From contig JBDRFG010000044.1 in assembly GCA_043819135.1 (NCBI GenBank), positions 1-39,567 on the forward strand: a stretch of 39,567 nucleotides of DNA, given 5' to 3'. Below the pieces are notes generated by a model that searched no databases, had not been told where the DNA came from, and saw only the letters and a list, made by a program, of their open reading frames with translations. Every line of letters begins with the position of its first letter. Positions within the stretch are counted from its first letter, which is position 1. The position numbers were made by a program, and so were the translations under genes. This document shows, piece after piece, positions 9,221 through 16,631 of the stretch. This DNA comes from Candidatus Eiseniibacteriota bacterium. GTDB lineage: Bacteria; Joyebacterota; Joyebacteria; Joyebacterales; Joyebacteraceae.

Positions 9221-9841
9221 TCAGCGAAAGAGCGCCTTGATCCGTCCCCAGTCTGCAGTCTCGACGGGAGCGCCGACATTCGGTTCGCCCGGCGTCGGCG
9301 GGAATCCGGTACCGGGCGGGCTGGCCGGGTTCAGCCCGTCGATGCAGGCCCAGTCCGGCGACCCGTCCGGAACGCGTCCCCAGGCTCTGTCGTCACCGAT
9401 GTCCGGGCCTGCGTAGCTCACCAGGTCAACCACCGTGACGAGATCTGCCGACACGAGGGTTATCGTATCCCCGCTGTTGTTCATGGAGAGCCCGTACTTC
9501 GGGTACCCGTTCTCGTCCTCCCACTGGTAGGCCTCGTTGCCGTACACGACGAAGAACTCCCCGGGTGCGAGCACTCCGCTGAATCCGAACCGCCAGCTCG
9601 AATCCGAGACGGCGTCGCGCAGCCTCCACCCGGTTACATCGACGGCCTCAGAGCCCGAGTTGAACACCTCGACCCATTCGTCTTCGAGCGAGTGGTACTC
9701 CTCGTCTCCGTCGGTCGGCGACCAGTCGCTGGCCGGATCCGGCATAAGCTCGTTCAGCACGACCTGGGCCCGCGCGGAATTCGCGAGAACCGTCAACATC
9801 AGCGACAACGCAAGCACGACAACCAACCGCACCGTTCTCAT
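9221..9841 (-). CDS. Secreted lamin-tail-domain (LTD) protein with C-terminal WGRIKALFR motif
   Basis: ATG at 9841 with AGGAGG RBS. Signal peptide (..SARA|Q), VVLNELMPDP, DEWVEVFN..VDVTGWRLRD, LSMNNSGDTITL and PTPGEPN. Ends PVETADWGRIKALFR. Confidence 0.85.
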   Translation of the reverse strand: MRTVRLVVVLALSLMLTVLANSARAQVVLNELMPDPASDWSPTDGDEEYHSLEDEWVEVFNSGSEAVDVTGWRLRDAVSDSSWRFGFSGVLAPGEFFVVYGNEAYQWEDENGYPKYGLSMNNSGDTITLVSADLVTVVDLVSYAGPDIGDDRAWGRVPDGSPDWACIDGLNPASPPGTGFPPTPGEPNVGAPVETADWGRIKALFR

Positions 9842-10111
9842 AGAGCGCACCTCCTGCGTGTGAGTGTCAGGGGCGACATTATGCAGCAGGGAGGGGCAGA
9901 CAGAGGGAGACAGCGCGTGCCGAGCGGGATGAGCGGGGCCAGATCGGGAACACGGTGATACACGGAGCGGACGCGCGCCAAGACGCACCGTCCCGCCCAG
10001 ACGAGCCTGCTGACGCGCCGTGTCAACGGAATAGACAAAGGCCAGGAGCGTCAACGAAACCCTGCAGGTTGCGTTCCACTCCCGGCCCCGATGCATGTGC
10101 CAGGTCTCCGT

Positions 10112-10146
10112 CCCGGTCTTCGGCGGCTCAGGCCGCCGAAGCCGGG
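10112..10146 (-). terminator. Stem-loop just downstream of the 975-aa gene (terminator-like)
   Basis: CCCGG(T)CTTCGGCGGC-TCAG-GCCGCCGAAG-CCGGG gives a 15-bp stem with one bulge, 17 nt past the stop codon. No U tract. Confidence 0.55.
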
Positions 10147-10162
10147 TTGGAGCCAGACAGTG

Positions 10163-13090
10163 CTACTTGAGCAGCACCATCTTTCTGCTGGTCTTCTGGT
10201 CGCCGGCCGCCAGCTTGTAGAAGTAGACGCCGCTCGCGGCGCGCTCTCCGTCGCTGGTCGTTCCGTCCCAGTGCGCCAGGTGGGCGCCGGCGTCCATGCG
10301 ACGATCGATAAGCGTGGCCACCCTGCGGCCCGCCACGTCGTAGACCTCGAGCATGACGTCGCCGGGCTCAACAAGGTTGAAGGCGATCGTCGTCTTGGGG
10401 TTGAACGGGTTCGGTATGTTCTGCGCGAGCCCGAACTTCCCGCCGAACTGATCGTCCGACACGCCTGCCGGGTTAACAGCGATGTCCTCGTTGCCGCGCG
10501 GCTCGATCTTGAAGTTGCCGTAGACGTACTGGACCACGCCCCTGACGTATACGTTGTCACCGTTCACGGGCACGTAGTCGTAGGCCGCGTAGTCGTCGAC
10601 GCGACATGTGTCTGTAGCGGTGCCGTTGGAGATGGCCCACTCGCCGAAGCCCAGGTCTTCATCGTAGACCGTGCAGTCCTCGGCGTGCACGAACACGCTC
10701 TCGTACTGCTCAGCGGACACGACGTTCTGCAGCATGCCGGTGGCGATGCTGACCGGCTCCACTTCGTCTCCCTTGACGGCCGTCAGCTGCGCCGCCTCCG
10801 GGAAGTGCAGCGCGAGTTCCGTCATTCCGAAGTACTCACTCACTTCACCGCAGGCGACTACGTAGTCACCTCTCTCGAAGGAGACCGTGCCGCTTCCGTC
10901 GTAGACCATGATGCCGTGCCAGGCTCCGGACTCTTCCTGGATGTAGAATGAGTTGTCGTTGAAGATACCGGGCTCAACCGTTACGTATCCCTCGACATTC
11001 ACGGCCAGAGTGTCCATCGGTGACGCGTCGCCGCCCGGCGGAACCTCCTGCACGCTCTGAATGGTCGCGGTGCCGACGTAGTAGCTGTAGCCACCAGTGC
11101 TCGGCCTGTCCGCGTCCATACCGACAGGAAAGACGCCGTCCCTGCACTCTACGTAGTAGTAGACGCGCGTGCCGGCCACCTGCGCCGGGATGTCACCCTC
11201 CCAGGTGCCGCTGTACTTCGCCTCGGCCATGGTCACCTGGTTGGCGTATGGCCTGGCCTTGGTGTACGACCAGTGCAGCGTGGCGGAAACGACGTCCACG
11301 TCATCACTCATCGTTGCGGAGATGGTCGTGATAACACCGGCCGCCGGCGGAACCGGCGAGTATCGCACGTCGCTGATGCGCGGCGGGCCGATGATGTCCT
11401 CATCGTACCTGGGCTGGACCTTGTACTCGTCGAAGTCATAGAGCAGAACACCGCGTAGCTCCGCGAGCACATCGAGGACCTGTGGGTTGTAGGTGTAGTA
11501 GGCCTCATCGTCGACCTTACAGGGGACGGCCGATGCGTCCTGGCAGGACCAGATGCCATAGTTATCCGGCACGACCGTCACCGTGGCGTTCTGGACGCGC
11601 ACGAGCTGACTTTCGTAACCCTCCGATGCAACGTTGGCGAAGGGGATCTGGGACGTTGTCACGTTCGTGTAGCCGTGGTTGGGGTTGCCGGAGGACACGA
11701 TGTCCATCGACCCCTCGAAGTGCCGCGTGATCTCAGTCATCCCGTAGTATTCTGACACCCGTCCGCAGAACGTGACCAGGTCACCCTCCTGCACCGGTGT
11801 AGGCGTTCCACCCATGTAGCAGGCGATGCCGTGGAACTCGCCCGTGTCATCGTGGACGTAGAACATGTTATCTTCCATGATGCCGGTCGCCATGGTGACG
11901 ATACCCTGGACGTTCACCGGCTGTCCTACGTAGGCCGACGCGTCGCCACCGGCGGTCACGAACTGGACGTTGTAGATCGGCGTAATGCCAACGCGGTAGG
12001 AATACGGACCGCTCATGGCCCCGGCCGGGTAGTTCATCGTGGCGCCGAGATTGTCGACCGCACGCATGAAGTAGTCCACGATGTCGCCGTCGTAGACCCC
12101 CGCCGCAGGAATGGCGCCGGTGTAGAGCGAATCGCTCGTCGTCGCTGCGACCTTGGCCCAGCTGCCCTCGTTGACCCTGTAGTAGACCATCACGGAGTCT
12201 ATAGAACCATCATCGGTCACGTACGCGCTGATCATCGTGTCGTCGTCCTCGTTCGGCGGTATCGGCGCGTAGGTCAGAGTGCGGATCCACGGAGGCGTGT
12301 TCGCGACGTTCATGGCACCAGGTGTCGGCGCCTGCAACGTCCAGTCGTTGATGCTCATGTCCGTGTCGGTGCCGGACGAGTCGCGTCCCAGAGTGTTGCC
12401 GAGGAAGGGAATGCCCTGGTAAGCGTTATCGTCGGCGCCGTCAACCGAGAACGCGCCCACGCACGGATCGGTCGCGCACTGGGACGGGTCGATGTACTCG
12501 ATCGCGTCGACCAGATTCGCCGGACCGCTGCTCGGGTCGGCGTCGTACAGATAGACGATGTCCGAGTCGCTCGTCGGGACCGAGCAGATGACGCCGTAGC
12601 CTTTGCCGCCGACCAGCTGGATCTCGTCGCTGTAGTTCGTCGCTATATCATCAACGACAATGAGCATGTTGACGGCGGCGGGGCCGTCGTAGTCGTAGGC
12701 GAAGGTCGGATCGAACATCTCGAAGTCCGCGTCGAACCCGAACTCCCACAGGAACGAGTCATCGTTCGGGGGGTCGATGCTGTCGTCACCGTCCTTGGTA
12801 ACGATCTTGTAGCCACCGGCCGGGATGTAGATCGGCGTCCCGACAGGGAACTGCCAGAGATCTTCGCCTCCGCAGGTCTCGTCGTACTCAACACCCGTCA
12901 ACACCCAGCCTTGGATGTCAATGGGACCGGCCGTCGGGTTGTAGAGCTCGATGAACTCCGAGCCGTCGTAGAAGCCGTTGCCATCGCAGTAGATCTCGTT
13001 GATCACAACGTTGTCGCCCGCCGGAGTGGCCAAGGCCACGCCGAAGGCAAACACGAGGACCACCAGGATCATGATGGTTAGTCTCGTCAT
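10163..13090 (-). CDS. Large secreted modular protein: LTD + 2x(Ig-like + paired ExeM/YhcR-type OB folds) + FlgD-Ig/T9SS type-A-like CTD
   Basis: Signal peptide; VVINEIY..SEFIELYNP (LTD); repeated TPIYNVQ..VNVQGIVT..FYVHD..GDLV...GRVSEYYGMTEI and ATIQSVQ..VNVEGYVT..FYIQE..GDYV...GEVSEYFGMTEL; C-terminus LAQNIPNPFNPKTTI..YDVAGRRV..WDG..SGVYFY..KMVLLK. Confidence 0.82.
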   Translation of the reverse strand: MTRLTIMILVVLVFAFGVALATPAGDNVVINEIYCDGNGFYDGSEFIELYNPTAGPIDIQGWVLTGVEYDETCGGEDLWQFPVGTPIYIPAGGYKIVTKDGDDSIDPPNDDSFLWEFGFDADFEMFDPTFAYDYDGPAAVNMLIVVDDIATNYSDEIQLVGGKGYGVICSVPTSDSDIVYLYDADPSSGPANLVDAIEYIDPSQCATDPCVGAFSVDGADDNAYQGIPFLGNTLGRDSSGTDTDMSINDWTLQAPTPGAMNVANTPPWIRTLTYAPIPPNEDDDTMISAYVTDDGSIDSVMVYYRVNEGSWAKVAATTSDSLYTGAIPAAGVYDGDIVDYFMRAVDNLGATMNYPAGAMSGPYSYRVGITPIYNVQFVTAGGDASAYVGQPVNVQGIVTMATGIMEDNMFYVHDDTGEFHGIACYMGGTPTPVQEGDLVTFCGRVSEYYGMTEITRHFEGSMDIVSSGNPNHGYTNVTTSQIPFANVASEGYESQLVRVQNATVTVVPDNYGIWSCQDASAVPCKVDDEAYYTYNPQVLDVLAELRGVLLYDFDEYKVQPRYDEDIIGPPRISDVRYSPVPPAAGVITTISATMSDDVDVVSATLHWSYTKARPYANQVTMAEAKYSGTWEGDIPAQVAGTRVYYYVECRDGVFPVGMDADRPSTGGYSYYVGTATIQSVQEVPPGGDASPMDTLAVNVEGYVTVEPGIFNDNSFYIQEESGAWHGIMVYDGSGTVSFERGDYVVACGEVSEYFGMTELALHFPEAAQLTAVKGDEVEPVSIATGMLQNVVSAEQYESVFVHAEDCTVYDEDLGFGEWAISNGTATDTCRVDDYAAYDYVPVNGDNVYVRGVVQYVYGNFKIEPRGNEDIAVNPAGVSDDQFGGKFGLAQNIPNPFNPKTTIAFNLVEPGDVMLEVYDVAGRRVATLIDRRMDAGAHLAHWDGTTSDGERAASGVYFYKLAAGDQKTSRKMVLLK
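10481..12295 (-). repeat. Intragenic tandem duplication of about 303 aa (Ig-like + OB + OB), diverged
   Basis: Unit 1 is 12295-11387 (PPWIRTLTYAPIPP...KVQPRYDEDIIG). Unit 2 is 11386-10481 (PPRISDVRYSPVPP...KIEPRGNEDI). Shared motifs: GGDAS, HGI, VSEY.GMTE, E.YES..V and C.VDD.A.Y.Y.P. Confidence 0.8.
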
Positions 13091-13259
13091 CTCAGGTCCC
13101 CCCTATCAAAAGGACACTCCGTCTCAATGCTGCCGGGATCGCTAGGAACACGTGTCGTCTCGCCGTCGCACCTCCTTTGTGCCCACAGATAGATATCCGC
13201 TCCGCGTCAGGCAATACGATGCCCTCGGCGCGCTCTAGCGGGTTGATTTGCGTCACGTC

Positions 13260-13288
13260 ATTATATCACATTCAATATTGCTTGTCCA
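13260..13288 (-). promoter_or_regulatory. Strong putative sigma70 promoter (extended -10) for the 975-aa gene
   Basis: Minus strand reads TGGACA, 17 nt, TATAAT, with TGn directly before the -10 (TGTGATATAAT). It sits in an AT-rich island, and the spacer contains the palindrome CAATATTG. Confidence 0.78.
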
Positions 13289-13315
13289 GCCCTCTGGGGA
13301 TTCCGGAACATACGA

Positions 13316-13346
13316 AGGGCCCGCGAGCCGCTCAGCCCCGGGCCCT
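13316..13346 (-). terminator. Putative intrinsic terminator ending the 29061-13428 operon
   Basis: Minus strand AGGGCCCG-GGGC...GCTC-G-CGGGCCCT followed by TCGTATGTT, about 80 nt after the 5'-nucleotidase stop. Confidence 0.6.
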
Positions 13347-13427
13347 CCTGATGATTCGCACGATCGCTCTGCTCTGCCGCGATCCGACTGGCCTGATCAC
13401 GCGGGGGACCAGGCCTGGTGACGCTTT

Positions 13428-15179
13428 CTATTCGTATGCTCCTCCCGATACGGACTCCGGCGGAGCGAGCGGCTCCATGCCCTCCATGGCGGCCGCGAGG
13501 GCCGGATCCAGTTCCGAGGTGTCGTCGCGTGCCCAACGCCCGTCCATGGTGTTCCCTATGGGCGAATGACGCTCAATATAGTGCACGGCGGCGTCCATAC
13601 ACGTGGTGGAGGTCCTCATCTTCCTGTCCTCCGGCACCAGTGGCAGCATGTAGAGACCAGCGTTGCCGGTCGCGAGGAAGTCGGATGTCACCACCTTGTA
13701 GATTCTGTCCGGATCCCACGGTTCACCCCCGACCTCGAAGTAGGTTATGCGGTCGTAATCGGGTCGCGTCTTGTTGAAGATGACCTTGCCACCCGACATG
13801 TACACGCCGTGGTGCCCGCCGCTGACGCGGAACTCAATGACTTCCTTCAAGAGCCGCCCGTCCATCTCGAAGACCATGAGGCTGTTGCCGAACGGAAGAA
13901 CGCGGAAGACCTGACGCGGAGTCACGGAACCCGCGGGGATCTCGTCCCTGATGCCGCCCAGGTTGGTGAACGCGAAGTCGGCCGATACCTCCTCACGCAT
14001 GGCGTCACAGACGAGGTTACCCATGCGGGTCTCGCCCTCCCCGCCCCTTGTGAGGTCGACATCCGTCTGGCCTATTACCCGGTCCATGCCCTGTTCGGCC
14101 TCTTCCACGCGAGCCTCGACCATGGCGGCCATCTCTGCTTCGGGCCACCATTCGTCCTCGAAGAGCGTGATGAGTGCGCCTCTGTAGTCAGACAGTTCGT
14201 AGCCCGCAAGCGTCTTCGTTTCTGCATCGATCAGGAGATCGACGTGTCCAAGGCCCGAGCCCCTGCCGTAAGTCTGGAAGTGAAGCGTGTGATTTGTGGG
14301 CTCCTCCCACGCCTTGTCGAAGCCCTTGTGGATGTGCCCCCCGAAGAAGGCATCGATTCCAGGAGTGTAATGCGAGATCTCCATCGCGCTGGGGCCCCAC
14401 TTGCTCTCCTCCAGCGGCTCTCGCGTCTCCTCGGCCTCCCGCTCCTCCTCCTCGTTTATCATCTCCTCGTAGCCGACCTCCGGATCGTACGGTAGACCCA
14501 TGTGACCACTCACGAGGACGATGTCGGCGCCCTTCTCGCGCACCTCACGAACGTACTTCTTGGCGGTCTCAATCTCGTCCAGGAACGCTACCGGCTCGAC
14601 GTGGGCCGGAAACGCCATCTTCGGTGTGTCGGTGGTCGTCAGACCTATGATCGCCACCTTGATACCACCGTAGTCCTTGATGACGTAGGGCTCGACGTAC
14701 TCGACGGGCTCCTGCGAGTCGGCCCAGACAAGATTCGCCGAAAGCACGGGCATCCTAGAGTATTCGATGAGATGCCACAGGTTCTCGAAACCCTCGTCGA
14801 AATCGTGATTGCCAACCGTCCAGAGGTCGACCCCGAGCTGATTGAAGTACTCGATGACCGGTTCGCCATCGTTGTAGTTGCCGACGGGCGTTCCCTGGAA
14901 TATGTCACCCTGATCGATGACGAGAACGTATCCGCCCTCTCTCTCAGCACGCTCTCTGAGCGCAGCTATGTAAGTGGCGGCCGACGCCCCCCCGCCCAGC
15001 GGCGGTGGAAACTCCCTGTTCATGAACGTCGCGCCGGTTCTGTCTATGCCTCCGTGGATGTCGTTCGTGAAGACGACCGACAGCCTGACGAGTCCATCCC
15101 CACCCGACGCGGGCAGTGCTGCCGCCACCACCAGGGCGGCCGCCAACAGTATCGCTGCCGGGCATCTGACGCTTCTCAT
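13428..15179 (-). CDS. Secreted/periplasmic 5'-nucleotidase (UshA/CpdB-type metallophosphoesterase + 5'-nucleotidase C-terminal domain)
   Basis: Signal peptide; metal motifs FTNDIHG, DQGDIFQGT, GNHDFD, GHMG and GGHIH; C-terminal NLGGIR and LPFGN. ATG at 15179 with AAGGAG RBS. Confidence 0.93.
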   Translation of the reverse strand: MRSVRCPAAILLAAALVVAAALPASGGDGLVRLSVVFTNDIHGGIDRTGATFMNREFPPPLGGGASAATYIAALRERAEREGGYVLVIDQGDIFQGTPVGNYNDGEPVIEYFNQLGVDLWTVGNHDFDEGFENLWHLIEYSRMPVLSANLVWADSQEPVEYVEPYVIKDYGGIKVAIIGLTTTDTPKMAFPAHVEPVAFLDEIETAKKYVREVREKGADIVLVSGHMGLPYDPEVGYEEMINEEEEREAEETREPLEESKWGPSAMEISHYTPGIDAFFGGHIHKGFDKAWEEPTNHTLHFQTYGRGSGLGHVDLLIDAETKTLAGYELSDYRGALITLFEDEWWPEAEMAAMVEARVEEAEQGMDRVIGQTDVDLTRGGEGETRMGNLVCDAMREEVSADFAFTNLGGIRDEIPAGSVTPRQVFRVLPFGNSLMVFEMDGRLLKEVIEFRVSGGHHGVYMSGGKVIFNKTRPDYDRITYFEVGGEPWDPDRIYKVVTSDFLATGNAGLYMLPLVPEDRKMRTSTTCMDAAVHYIERHSPIGNTMDGRWARDDTSELDPALAAAMEGMEPLAPPESVSGGAYE

Positions 15180-15285
15180 CGTTGCCTGCTCCTTTCCCGC
15201 TACGCCAGACAAGGCTCCTCCGCCCGTCCCGGCGGCGGGAACATCTCCGAGCCCCCCGCCCCTGTGGCGGCAGGCAGTAGCCTCT

Positions 15286-16548
15286 CTAGAACGTATGCAT
15301 GACGGTTGCCATGGCGAGCGTTGTGGTCTCGCGTATGCGTCCGCCTTCTATGTCGTACTCCCTTAGACCAACCTGCCCACCTATGTCGACCCTGACACCG
15401 GCAACATCGAGACCCAGGCCGATGCTGAACGCCGCGGTCGTGTTCTTCTCGTCCGCGTACGAAGGCATGTACATGAAGCCGAAACGGGCGAACGAGGTGT
15501 CGAAGAACCCGTGCTCGACACCCAGGCGGTAGACCAGCGTGTCGTCCAGCTCGGGATCAACTTCCTCCGTGACGCCCCGGAGAGCGGGAACGTGCTCTCT
15601 GAAGTCCGACCAGCGCGCGTACTCGACGTCGCAGCTGACCGTCGTCGTGAGCAGGTTGCGTGGATGGTACTCCAGGCCCAGCGCAAGCACGCCCGGGTAG
15701 TCATACTTGAAGTCTCGCGACGAGCTTTCCTCCGAGCCAACGGCGCTCATCTTGTATTCGCCTTCCAGTGAGAACGGCGCGCGATAGACCGCGGCAACGT
15801 CCACCCTGTGGAAGCGCTCAAAGAGCACGCCGAGCGTGAAACGGGTCCCGGTCGCGTCGTTGTATTCGGCGGACGAGCTCACGTCCTCTTCGGCGGAGTC
15901 CGCTGGGTACACCCATCTCTCACTGACTTCGTAATCGCCGCGCAGAAAATCAACGCCGAGTCCCACGAAGACCTCCGGCGCCACCTCCTGTCCCAGCGCC
16001 ACCGAAAAGGCGTCGATCCCACCGTCGCCCTCGGTGTAGTAGTCGTAGAGGATCTTGTCGGGCGGCTCGGTCTGGAAGTCGGGGTCCCTGTACTGCACGT
16101 GATAGTCGTAGCTCATGTCGATGCGCGGAACGTACCCGACAGCGACCACGGGCGCCCACTCGAACTCCGAGAACTCGTTCGTGGGGTTGAACGCCACCGC
16201 GCCGACGTAACGATCGTAGACCTCGGTGTTCAGGGCGTACGTGTTGTATCCGATGACGCCGTCGAAGCTGTCGTGGAGAGGCGTTTCTCTCGCCTCCTCC
16301 GCGAGGACAAGTATCCCCGTCACGGAGACATCGATGCCCTCCGTCTTGCTGATCAGCGCGGGATTGAGAGCCATCCCTGCCGCTCCCTCTATCGAAGCGA
16401 TCCCCGCACCTCCCATCGCCAGAGACCTGGCGTCGTACGTCGACATCACATAGCCGTAGCGCTCCCACTCTGCGAGCGTGAACGCGCCCGCGCTTCCCGC
16501 GAGCGCCACAAGCGCAATGACTGCTGTCGCAGCCGTCAGGCGACGCAT
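15286..16548 (-). CDS. Outer-membrane beta-barrel, FadL/OmpP1/PorV superfamily
   Basis: Signal peptide; DARSLAMGGAGIA...ALNPALI N-terminal hatch motif; amphipathic beta strands; C-terminal Phe (VMHTF). ATG at 16548 with GGAGG RBS. Confidence 0.78.
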   Translation of the reverse strand: MRRLTAATAVIALVALAGSAGAFTLAEWERYGYVMSTYDARSLAMGGAGIASIEGAAGMALNPALISKTEGIDVSVTGILVLAEEARETPLHDSFDGVIGYNTYALNTEVYDRYVGAVAFNPTNEFSEFEWAPVVAVGYVPRIDMSYDYHVQYRDPDFQTEPPDKILYDYYTEGDGGIDAFSVALGQEVAPEVFVGLGVDFLRGDYEVSERWVYPADSAEEDVSSSAEYNDATGTRFTLGVLFERFHRVDVAAVYRAPFSLEGEYKMSAVGSEESSSRDFKYDYPGVLALGLEYHPRNLLTTTVSCDVEYARWSDFREHVPALRGVTEEVDPELDDTLVYRLGVEHGFFDTSFARFGFMYMPSYADEKNTTAAFSIGLGLDVAGVRVDIGGQVGLREYDIEGGRIRETTTLAMATVMHTF

Positions 16549-16631
16549 CTCTACCCTCCTCCTCTTCTGATTCCCTGCTGACATCGTGGATTCCATGGCC
16601 TTGTCCTCAAACACGCCCCGCCCCCGCCCGG

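Noticed and set aside
13091..13260. c-di-GMP-I or purine riboswitch in the leader (GACGCAAA / GGGCACAAAG words)
   Set aside because: The required GGCAAA-GNRA P2 stem and the purine aptamer core could not be found. The region is kept only as an unclassified leader.
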